Origin: Azolla caroliniana
Lineage: Eukaryota > Plantae > Polypodiophyta
Direction: 5' to 3'
Length of the DNA stretch: 64,000 nucleotides
NCBI GenBank assembly: GCA_043228905.1
Contig: JBHGNT010000021.1
Location: forward strand, 4,030,001 to 4,094,000
The notes under the pieces were generated by a model. It ran no database searches, had not been told where the DNA came from, and saw nothing but the letters and a program-made list of their open reading frames with translations. A program made the translations under genes and the position numbers. Positions within the stretch are counted from its first letter, which is position 1. Each line of letters begins with the position of its first letter. Below are positions 54,347-64,000 of this stretch, one piece after another.

Positions 54347-56443
54347 TCAACAATAATTCTCACAAGTACACTTTCCATTCTCGAACATATGGATGGAATT
54401 CGCATCTTTCATGTGAATCTTGCACCTCTCCACTTTTGATATGAGTAATGTGGCAAGATGACAATCACGACAAAAACGTGTCTTTTTGGTGATATGTACA
54501 GGCATCCCTTGAGGTGTATTGATAAGGGCAAATGCAAGGGTCAACTTCTCACTATGTCCACATCCATCTTCATTCTTGCCATAAAAAAATGTTTGTAGAG
54601 ATTGGCGCGAACAACCTTCTAGTGATAACTTTTTACATATATCTTCTATCTTTGCATAGATAGGTGCAAGTTGGGGATGATTCTTATTCCCTAAAGTAAA
54701 CGAATGCACATTCCCATTCGCATCGGTCCAATAACACCCAGGCATCTTAGATGTCTCTTCATTCTTTGCTCTCCAAGATTTTATTTTCTTTGCTTCAGCA
54801 AGCATGCCAGCAGCCGCATATATGTTTCCCATGCACACATATATTGCAGAACATGTCTCATCCAGTTCTAATGATTGCTCAAAGGCCCATTTTCCAAGTT
54901 CCACATTTGCACATTCTCTGCAAGAGCTCAAAAGAGCCAGCCACAATGGAAGTTGCTCCGATTGAACTACTTTCTTAATCACAATGACAGCTTTGTCAAA
55001 ATGTCTAGCTCGGCTGAAAAGATCAACCATGCAAGTATAATGTTCTGTGGTAGGTGTAAGAGAATACACAAGGCCCATATCATCAAACACCCTTTGTCCC
55101 TCCTCAACTAGGCCTCCATGGCAACATGCGGTAAGAAGAAGAACGAAAGTAACCACATCTGGCTCAATGCCTTCTCTCATCATTTTGTTGAATATGTCTA
55201 AGACCATTTTTGCCTGACCTAGCTGGGCATACCCAGTCATCAATGCACTCCATGAGACAACATCCTTTACTATAAGCTTGTCAAACACATGTTGGGCTTT
55301 CTTCAATTCACCACATTTGGCATACATGTCAACTAATGTATTACCTAGAGCAATGCTTTTCTCTAGTAATCCTCGCTTCTCGGCTCTTTTATGTATTTCC
55401 TCCCCCACCTCAAGTGACCCTAAACTGCTACAAGACCTCAAGATGCACATAAAGGTTACGGCACTTGGAGAGATACCCTCATCTTGCATTTCCTTGAAGT
55501 ATTCCAAAGCTTCTTCATTAAGCCCATGCTGAGTATACCCAGCTAGTAACACATTCCATGATACGACATCCCGACGTGGAAGCATATGGAACACCTCTTG
55601 CGCTTTTATGAGCACGCCACATTTCACATACATATCCACCAATGCCGTCCCAAGGATGATATTTTTCCTTAATAAACCCTTCTTTGTGACCTCGGCATGT
55701 ATGGTTTCACCCATACCAAGAGATCCTATGCTGCTACAAGCTTTCAAAATGCAAATAAAAGTCACCACATTCGGAGAGACACGTTCCTTGCGCATTTGCC
55801 TGAGTAGCTTCAAAGCTTCGATTCCATGACCATGCAAGGCATAACCGGTTATTAAAGCAGTCCAACATACGACATCTCGAACCTGAAGCAAATCAAATAC
55901 TCCTTGTGCTTTATCCAACATACCACATTTAGCATACATATCAACCAATGCTGTGCCAAGCACAGGGTCTTTCTCTAAAAGACCCTGTTTTTGAACCTTG
56001 GCACATATCTCTTCTCCAAGCTCGAGGTTTTGAGTTGCACTACAAGCTTTTAGAACACAAATGAATGTGACTGAATTTGGGGAGATCCCTTCTTCTTGCA
56101 TATGCTTAAAACAGTTCAAGGCTTCATCAGGGAGACCCTGTTGAGCATAGCCCGAGATCAACGCATTCCAACTGACGATATTCTGTGTTGGGCGCTCATT
56201 GAAGAGTTTTTGGGCTTCTTCGAAAGCACCACATCTAGCATACATGGTGAGGAGGGCATTCCTGATGTAAATGTCCTTTGAAAGAAGGTCTTGTTGGAGA
56301 AGGAGATGGGCATGGATCTTCCGGCCTTTCTGTAGGTCTTTCTGTTTGCCACAAGCTTTGATATTGTCCACGAGGGTAGAAGGATCATGAAGGATCTCCT
56401 GAAGGTGTGGCAGTGCGGGGATTTGAACCAGAGAGGATCCCAT
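54347..56443 (-). CDS. PLS-class pentatricopeptide repeat protein with E and DYW-like deaminase domain (organelle RNA-editing factor candidate), 698 aa
   Basis: Intronless. Repeated LVDMYAKCG / DVVSWNAL..GYAQ / P..VTFICILKAC triplets. E domain HYTCMVDLFSRA. PG-box-like KMPGCYWTD. HSEKL...CRDCH zinc motif. Ends ENYC. Confidence 0.95.
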   Translation of the reverse strand: MGSSLVQIPALPHLQEILHDPSTLVDNIKACGKQKDLQKGRKIHAHLLLQQDLLSKDIYIRNALLTMYARCGAFEEAQKLFNERPTQNIVSWNALISGYAQQGLPDEALNCFKHMQEEGISPNSVTFICVLKACSATQNLELGEEICAKVQKQGLLEKDPVLGTALVDMYAKCGMLDKAQGVFDLLQVRDVVCWTALITGYALHGHGIEALKLLRQMRKERVSPNVVTFICILKACSSIGSLGMGETIHAEVTKKGLLRKNIILGTALVDMYVKCGVLIKAQEVFHMLPRRDVVSWNVLLAGYTQHGLNEEALEYFKEMQDEGISPSAVTFMCILRSCSSLGSLEVGEEIHKRAEKRGLLEKSIALGNTLVDMYAKCGELKKAQHVFDKLIVKDVVSWSALMTGYAQLGQAKMVLDIFNKMMREGIEPDVVTFVLLLTACCHGGLVEEGQRVFDDMGLVYSLTPTTEHYTCMVDLFSRARHFDKAVIVIKKVVQSEQLPLWLALLSSCRECANVELGKWAFEQSLELDETCSAIYVCMGNIYAAAGMLAEAKKIKSWRAKNEETSKMPGCYWTDANGNVHSFTLGNKNHPQLAPIYAKIEDICKKLSLEGCSRQSLQTFFYGKNEDGCGHSEKLTLAFALINTPQGMPVHITKKTRFCRDCHLATLLISKVERCKIHMKDANSIHMFENGKCTCENYC

Positions 56444-56565
56444 CTCTCATGTGCCTTCCTCACATTGCCGATCCCCTAGACATAAGACCAAAATCTATCT
56501 ATACACAGACACATACATACTTCCATAATATGTAAGATATAAACCTTCTGAAATGGACTCCTAAC

Positions 56566-56730
56566 TAGGAGTCGGCAAATGGCTCGGCTCAAGCCTATTA
56601 CGAACCGTTAAACCGTTTTGGCCAAGGTTTGGTTCAAGTTTGAAAACCTCCAAACCGGTTAAGGCTTAACCGGTTTGGTTTGGACAAGGCCAAACCAGTT
56701 AACCCGAAACCGAACCGTTGCCAATTTCTA
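56566..56730. mobile_element. hAT-type MITE in the PPR promoter
   Basis: Imperfect TIRs TAGGAGTCGGCAA / TTGCCAATTTCTA. 8-bp TSD CTCCTAAC/CTCCCAAC. Internal AAACCG repeats. Confidence 0.72.
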
Positions 56731-59205
56731 CTCCCAACTTGATGTCGCCCTGTTCTATGATCTCACAGCAGAGAAACAATCATACATGCCAAATTTGCTT
56801 ATTACATTCCTCTTTAATGAATGATACACAAATTGCTAGAGTAGTCATTTTACCATTACGGTTTAAGGTTTCAAAACATTGACTAACCGCATAAAGCAGT
56901 GTATTGGAATGACTTTTCCTATTTACCTGGGAATCTTGTTGTCTTCCATCCAAACCATTGCTTCCATATGACTTACTTCACACGCTTGGATGTGAGATGC
57001 AATGTTTTGGCATAAGTAATGAGACTAATTGACTATGCAAATTTTCCTATAGAAACAAGTATGAGAGTGTGTGTATCATACTTTGATGCAATGTTCTGCC
57101 TTTGATCACATTCGACTATGGTTTCCACCCATTTTTGACCCAACCCAATCCTTGTATGAACTCATCGACACAATCATAGTGCTCACCCTCAATTGTCACA
57201 TTCATTAGCATGGCTCTTGAACATTGAGAGTCTTTATTCACTTTCACGTGTATTATATAAAGGTATTATATTTTTTTGTCTCATAAATCATATTTGACCT
57301 CCAAAGACAATAATAAAACCTATCTATCCATCTCACTTTTCAAAGAGATTAGTGTAAGCACATTTTTCATAGTTAAGCTATTTATTCAAGAAAGAATTCA
57401 TTTAAGTTTTATACATGACAGTTGGTAATTCTAAAAGTGCATGATAACCAATTTTGCCATTTTCACCCAACATAAGATAAATGATTATCTAAGCCCACAA
57501 TAAGACATTGAGAACCATGTTAGAATAATGTGTCCTTGGATAGGATTTATGTGGCTTTAGCTAGTGTATGATCGTATCAAATGATCAATTAGTATACTTC
57601 CCAACCATGGATGGTTTTTGATCAAAAGTCTTCATATGGAACATAACCCTAAGTCAGTCACCTTGAAAGGCAATCATGTTCATGTCCAAGTCCACACCTC
57701 TCACCTATTGGCATCCTTTCATTTGACCAATGAGAGCAAGACGTTCCATCACCTAGGATAGTGCTATACCTTGAACGGATGGTTACCTTCATCACTCCGC
57801 CAAGCCCTAGATTACCAAATTTTCATCATAGATCCAAGTTGTAGGTGGGGTCACTAAAATGAACACCCATCAAAGCCTAGGTGATTGTGCCCAATGATGG
57901 GATAAAAAACAAACTCCGTGTTTTGGATTCTCACACATCCAAATTCAACCCCAGTCCAATCATAGGAGTTAAGCCGCTAGAGTGACCATATTGCCTAAGC
58001 CAATGGTCTACATAAAGTTTTATACGCATAAATGCAACTCAACCAAATCAAGTCTCCTCTCCCATCAAACCATGAATGTGCAGGGTTGGTTCAAAGGTAA
58101 CATACAATTTTGCCACACTCAACAGTTTGAGTGATGGATTACAATAGTGGCAAAAAACGTTAACTATTAAATAAGAAACGAAGATGAAAGTAGGAGGGGT
58201 GGGTTGAAGTTTTTGGTGATGGGGAGTCAAGTAGGCCGACGAGATCGCAACTACCTCCAACGGTTATAATGCATCGAATCAGGGTAGAGTTCTTGGGCCA
58301 CTCCATCCTCCCTTCAAACGATTGGTATGCGAGCTTGCTGAACCTCTCCTTGAAGCCTCCACAAAAAATTGGAGAAGAAAGTTGAAGAAGGTCAAAACTC
58401 AAAGAGGAGAACCTCCAAAATGCCCAAAATTGAAGAAGACGAAGAAGAAGAAGCAAAATGTGCCCTCTTCCCCTCATTTTATAAGGGGAAGGTTTCTCAT
58501 TTGCATTTAATGCAAATATTCTTATTTATCTTCAAAAATGAAAAGAGAATAAATCATTCTTAATTTGGACCGCGTTGCAAAGATTCAAACTCCACACTAG
58601 TACAAAGGTCATAGTTTTACCACTTTCTACCTTTGGCCATGCCACATCATAATAGTGTTGTTGAGCCTTTGCTCTCTTTCTTACAAGGTAATCACCATGA
58701 AGTGTTGATTCACTCAGAAGACATGAATCTTTGCCCCTTCATTAGAATTAACTTGACCAACCATCAAGTTAATTCTTTTCTTTATATCTTCAATATTGTT
58801 TATTGTCCCCACTTTCTTTTCTTCTCTCTCTCTCTCTCTCTCAATATACCTCATGGTATATCTCACGATATTTTTCGCAATATGTCTTGCGCGGACACTC
58901 CCTTCTCTTTTTATAGTCAAGGGAGGCTATAGCATATGTGTTATGTGGTGCACACATAGAGAGGTTCTTGCTTATGTGCCATGCGGTGCACAAGTAGTAC
59001 ATTGCTTGGCTTTTACTATAATGTAAACGCCTTCAACGATGAACCATAGGCGGTGAGATACCAAAGATATGGTCTATTGAGCAAGATCCAACATCGATTG
59101 AGCGTGGAGTGATGGGATTTGAAAAACCAACCTATAGAGATAGGCTCAAAGTCTGACTTGGCTAGCTGTTGTGAAAGGTGTGTAAAAAACCTAATTTGGT
59201 AATGT

Positions 59206-59265
59206 TGGCTAAATTGTAAGTCTTCAGTTTCAAAATGTGGAGGTTATAGGTTCAAATCCTCCTTC
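59206..59265 (+). other. Degenerate tRNA-like/SINE head
   Basis: B box GGTTCAAATCC with a weak A box about 40 nt upstream. No cloverleaf evident. Confidence 0.4.
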
Positions 59266-60651
59266 ACCCACACAATGTTTCTTTGCTTCGTTCGCCTCTT
59301 CATATATTAATAATACATATGAACGTAATTATCATAGTTTTTATGCTAAATCATTAAGATAACCTTTATCTCTATTACAAATATGACTCTATCAAGCTTT
59401 AATATTATTTTAGTTATGTATTTATCTTTTTGTGGATTTGCATTGTGAATTCTTTCTACTTCAGACGCTAGACGCTACTAAAGGCATGCATGCAAAGTAC
59501 CAATATTATACCATCCAATTTTATGTTTATTGATCTTCCAATAGACTTTAGAAAGGTTCAATGTAAATGTATCAAACACATTCAATATCCAATGCTCGTA
59601 GCACACATTGGAGAGTTAAACCTTTGCACCTATAGAGCTAAACCATCTTCAAGTCAAACATTTGTTCTTTTAATTAGATTTTCAATATGGTGGGTCTACA
59701 ATAGATTGCAATGTGACTTTAGATTTCATAAGCATCCCACCCATCATCGTGATTCACTACCCCCATGTTCCATTTGTTCTTGAGCTTACATGCTTGAATC
59801 CTCAAAATATCGAAGAGCCCAACAATGAGTTGTCTTGCACGTTGTCGTGAAGAATTTCGGCCAGAGGCGGAAACCGGGAAACATTGGCTACATCGGCGGG
59901 GTGCAGCGTGTGTACGCACCCATGTACATTTAGTGTGAATAACGAGGGCGCCTTTATGGCGCCGAAGAGTAGTCAAGTCGGGACAGACGGTCCCATGTAA
60001 GTCGGGGTTTATCCCACATTGTAACGCATCCCTGTCCTTGTTCTATAAAAGGAAGGGAACGCCCTTTGTGAAAGGGTTGCCCATTTTGCATTAGAGGGTA
60101 TACAGTTAGGTTTAGAGTTAGTTTCTTCTTCTTCTTCTTCTTCTTCCCCTTCGTGTTCGCTTAGGGTTTGCTTCAGCTCATCTCCTGCGCAAGACCCCGC
60201 TCGACGTGACGAGCCCGTGAGCTCCCCGACCGGCGGCTTGGCAGTTGACGACTACTGTAACCTACCTCGGTCCGGCTCGACGCCGGGAATGTATTCTTCT
60301 TTTATATATATATATACGTTTGCGTTTGTCTGTGTATATTCGCGTCTTCGTTGGTGTCGGGTGCTTCCCCTTTCCTGCATTTCCTGTACTTAAGGGTGTG
60401 AGTCGGGTTGGCCTGTGTGTGTGTGTGTGTGTGTGTGTGTGAGTGTGCGTGAGTCGATGTTAAGCGCGCACTCTCTCTCTCTCTTCGGTTGCTTCCGGTG
60501 TGCTTCTGGGATGCCCCGGAGACAGTGAAGCACGACTTCCTACGCTCCATCACTCCCTAGTCCAAGACCCCCGTGGTCCCGCCTTTCTCCACGCACGCAC
60601 GTAACAACGCGACATCTTTGGTGAACCCGACGTGAAAGGCGGCAAGGGAGG

Positions 60652-62091
60652 ATGGAGTCGGAAGACGACGACCTTGCGGAGATGGTGGCCGAAGTGGTGT
60701 TGGAGTCGGCACGAGTGGTGATGAGGCGAGAAGCAGCGCAACAAGCGGTTGAGCGAGTGGTCGAAAGAGTCGGCCGTTTCAACGGGGACAAAGTCCCATC
60801 TTACTTGGAAGCCTACAACGCGGAAATGGAGGAGCGTGGCGTAGACGAGGCGTTAAGGTTGGAGTTCTTCTATCGGGTCGTGGCTGTCCGGATGCATGCG
60901 GAAATAAAGGAGCTCCGTGAGGCTCATAGTTCGTGGGAGGCCTTCGAAGAGGCGCTCCTGAAGGCATACGAAGGAAGGCGGAAGAGCCGGGGACGACACG
61001 ACTTTGACCAGTGGGTAGCATCGACAAAGACCCACCGGGGTGCGGCCAAGGCGTTTCGAGAGTTCGAGCGGCGGCTTGCTCGGCTCCTGGAGCAGGAACA
61101 AGGTTTGGTGGGGGCGGACAAGGTCCTATTGTTCGTCAGGTCAATCGACCGAGCGGAACGGGAGGCCATCGGGATTGAGCTCGAAGACGATGATGGAGCG
61201 AATGGGCTTACGGAGGACTGGTCGAAGGTCGGAAGGGTGTGCCAACAACTAGACAACGAGCGAGCCGAGAAGGCTAAGAGGAAGGTATGTGACGGCATGC
61301 CATCACAGCGGGAAGAGGCCGAACGGCAAAGAGGGTCGGCAAGGGTCGGCGTTGGGGCCAGGATTGCGGAGGCGTACGCAGCTCTCGAGGTGATGCTCGA
61401 GGAAGAGGAAAGACGGAGGCCGCAAGCTAAGACTGAGGAGACGGACTTGCCCCACGCGACGGCGGAAGATCGGTACGACGATACCATAAGAGAGGGTGCG
61501 GAACGAAACGCCCTCTCGACTTGCGGAGATAGAACGGCCAAGGACGAGGCCGAGATACAGATCGCGGAACCGGAACGTTGGGACCAGCGGTTTCGGGCGT
61601 GTCAGCCCGAGATCCCGGTCATTGGAGAAGCAAGCCCAGACGGGGCTTGCGCGATCGGTAAGAAGACGACCGCCGACCACGAAGAGTCGGTGGCTACGGA
61701 CAAGGGCGTAAAACGGACGGGCGATTCTTTGTGTCTTCCCACACTTGCTCCCGAGACGATGGCAGTCGGGCCCGAGTGCCCACGTGAGTCCCAAGCGGAG
61801 GAAGGCGGCGGCGAAAGGCCAAGAATAACCGGCGAGACGATACGGGGAAGGAACAGACGAAAGCCTACGGACCTGATTCTGGAGAACTCGGCATTCGGGC
61901 CCGTATGCCCATGTAAGACCGAGGAGATGGATGGCAGTACCAAGGAGTCCTGGCACGATGCCAGCGAAGATGGATGGGAAACGACCTGTGAGGAGGCCGA
62001 GGACGGACGCGACACGAGGAGATCGGCATTCCGATACAGGTGGAGCGTGATCCGGTCGTGGATCGTTCGATCGGGGCCGGATTTGGCATGA
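60652..62091 (+). CDS. Gag-like protein (Ty3/gypsy-type capsid N-terminal half plus acidic low-complexity tail), 479 aa
   Basis: Intact ORF starting about 17 nt after the PBS. GRFNGDKVPSYLEAY...SWEAFEEALLKAY...FDQWV...FREFERR...GLTEDWSKV. A homologous broken copy starts at 49548. Confidence 0.7.
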   Translation: MESEDDDLAEMVAEVVLESARVVMRREAAQQAVERVVERVGRFNGDKVPSYLEAYNAEMEERGVDEALRLEFFYRVVAVRMHAEIKELREAHSSWEAFEEALLKAYEGRRKSRGRHDFDQWVASTKTHRGAAKAFREFERRLARLLEQEQGLVGADKVLLFVRSIDRAEREAIGIELEDDDGANGLTEDWSKVGRVCQQLDNERAEKAKRKVCDGMPSQREEAERQRGSARVGVGARIAEAYAALEVMLEEEERRRPQAKTEETDLPHATAEDRYDDTIREGAERNALSTCGDRTAKDEAEIQIAEPERWDQRFRACQPEIPVIGEASPDGACAIGKKTTADHEESVATDKGVKRTGDSLCLPTLAPETMAVGPECPRESQAEEGGGERPRITGETIRGRNRRKPTDLILENSAFGPVCPCKTEEMDGSTKESWHDASEDGWETTCEEAEDGRDTRRSAFRYRWSVIRSWIVRSGPDLA

Positions 62092-62491
62092 AAGTGCCGA
62101 TACGGAAGGGGGTGCGGGACGAGCCGCCCTCTTTTACATGGGGAGAAAGACCGACCGGGCGAAGGTCGAGAGTTGGAAGGAGAATGAAAGCTAGTCCTAT
62201 GGAGTTCCTTACACCGATCCGGCTGCCGGCCCGAGTGCCGACGTGAGTCCTATAAGAGAGATCGGTGGCGATAGGAGAACGGGACTCGGCAATCCGGAGA
62301 ATGACGAACGGACCCGAGCGAGAACCGGGCGGAGCGGACTCCCAGATGACCATTTCGGGAGGGAGGAAGAGAGCTGGCCTACGAAGAGGCCGAGGACGCG
62401 GTACGTCGGTACCACGGGAGAGGGTGCGGAACAAAACGCCCTCTCGGCATGCGGAAAAGGACGACCCGGGATAGGGTCGGGGCTGCAAATC

Positions 62492-62860
62492 GGGCGGTCT
62501 ACGGAGGATCCTTCACACCGGTTCTAGAGACTTCGGCAGTCGGCAACACGGTCGACGTAAGACCATGATATTGACGGTGGCGGCAAGGTGACGAAGGCAA
62601 AAGGGCTACGGATGGGCGGTCTACGGAGGATCCTTCACACCGGTTCTAGAGACTTCGGCAGTCGGCGACGTGGTCGACGTAAGACCAAGATACTGATGGT
62701 GGCGGCAAGGTGACGAAGGCAAAAGGGCTACGGATGGGCGGTCTACGGAGGATCCTTCACACCGGTTCTAGAGACTTCGGCAGTCGGCAACGCGGTCGAC
62801 GTAAGACCAAGATACTGACGGTGGCGGCAAGGTGACGAAGGCAAGGGCGTAAGGAAGTCC
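62492..62860 (+). repeat. Three 122-bp tandem repeats inside the gag-only element
   Basis: GGGCGGTCTACGGAGGATCCTTCACACCGGTTCTAGAGACTTCGGCAGTCGGC at 62492, 62614 and 62736. Diverged relatives near 62860 and 63045. Confidence 0.92.
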
Positions 62861-63629
62861 GGTCCTACGGGATCCCCACACTTAACCAGAGACTCCGGTA
62901 GTTCGGCCAACGTGGCAACATGAGACCGAGAGAGAAGGTTGGTGGCGGCGGGAAACGGGACCCGACGACGCGGAAGACACGAGGAGAGTCCGGGAGGGAC
63001 TCAAACAAAAGACACCCGAATTTCGGCAAGCATAGACACGGAGCCCGGTCCTATGGGACCCTCACACCGATCCGAAGACCCCGGCTGATCGGCCAACGTG
63101 GCAACGTAAGACCGAGGGAGAAGGAAGGTGGCGGCAGGGAACGGGACCCGACGACACGAGGTTTCAGAAGGAGCCGGTAGGGGCAAACATGGGGAGGTGT
63201 GTCAGGCCGGAAAGGCACACCTGGGACGGAATAAGAGTCTCACAAGTGGCCATCGCGGTGTCGTGAAGATTTTCGGCAATAGTGTGAAAATCCCATAAAA
63301 CGTACGAAATCGAGTATGAATCACATAATACAATAATTGTGAAGAAAACATTTTTAATATCCAAGTACAAAATGATGGAGGTTTCGAATGCACTTTATTA
63401 CACGAGAAATGGACAACTAAATGTCAAGATATGAGGGTATAAAGTTTGTGAAAAGAAAAGAGAAAATTGTGAGATATCCCACATAGGCACGACAAATACA
63501 GCTCTCATCATATAGAAGGTGGAACAAAAGATATTATCTTTGTGTCTATGTGTGGAGCATAAAGAGTTCAAGGTAACTTTAACTTAGAGTGGAGGTGGCT
63601 AGCTACTCGAAAAGGGTTTTGGCCAACCA

Positions 63630-63812
63630 AAACCGGACCGGCGATGGAGCCGGTGATCCGACGGCATCCGACCGCAATCCGGCGGCGGCATGCGGCACCG
63701 GTATGCGGCGTCGGCATCCAGCGGCGGCATCCGGCATCCGGCGTCGGCGTCGGCATCCGGCGGTGACGTCGGCATCGGTATCCGGCGGCGACATCCGGCG
63801 AACCGGCGACTA
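63630..63812. repeat. GC-rich (CGGCAT/CGGCGT)n low-complexity tract, possibly a DNA-transposon subterminal region
   Basis: Repeated CCGGCGGCATCC-like motifs. No clear TIR or TSD pair found. Confidence 0.5.
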
Positions 63813-63857
63813 GATAAAATAAATATATATACATATTTACATATACAAGGAGGGCAA

Positions 63858-63918
63858 GTGTGGATTCGAACCTTGCACCTCCAAGTTAGGAGTCAAATGG
63901 CTTACCATTAAGCCATGG
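63858..63918 (-). other. tRNA-like/SINE head
   Basis: Minus-strand A box TGGCTTAATGG and B box GGTTCGAATCC with tRNA-like spacing. The stems do not form a true tRNA. Confidence 0.55.
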
Positions 63919-64000
63919 TATTTAGTTGAAATTATATTTCTATCATTGTACTTTTACATGTAAATTCTCATACATGAGAGTTAAAATGAGTGACATGGTT

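Larger units (their letters stand above)
59843..63300 (+). mobile_element. tRNA-Trp-primed, gag-only (non-autonomous) LTR retroelement with a truncated 3' LTR
   Basis: 5' LTR 59843-60614 (TGTCGTG...CGCGACA). PBS TGGTGAACCCGACGTGAA at 60618-60635. Gag-like ORF. The LTR start recurs at 63259 for only about 20-35 bp. No PR/RT/INT motifs seen. Confidence 0.85.

Noticed and set aside
60779-62527. Many overlapping antisense or alternative-frame ORFs in GC-rich TEs (also 32-36 kb and 41-46 kb)
   Set aside because: Shadow ORFs expected from high GC content.

Overview
Eukaryotic (land-plant) nuclear DNA. The PPR style and retroelement families suggest a fern or other non-seed plant, which is an inference. 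Four host genes are well supported: a 7-exon SYP2-type Qa-SNARE (+, 4197-7293, one GC-AG intron), a 2-exon NC/LRAT-domain gene (+, 14528-15856), an 8-exon GT106/RRT-like glycosyltransferase (-, 18364-23496) and an intronless PLS-class PPR with a DYW-like domain (-, 54347-56443). A Pro-rich orphan ORF (-) is followed by a tandem array whose unit is exactly one GT...AG mini-intron. From 31.7 to 51 kb lies a multi-layer LTR-retrotransposon nest that can be ordered by target-site duplications: two full-length Ty1/copia, one truncated copia and four solo LTRs. Three copies of a tRNA-Trp-primed LTR family occur (one solo LTR, two gag-only elements), each next to an ACGT site. Also present: a 5'-truncated LINE with a 17-bp TSD, a hAT-type MITE and several tRNA-like Pol III heads. 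Coordinates were read by eye and may be off by a few bases.
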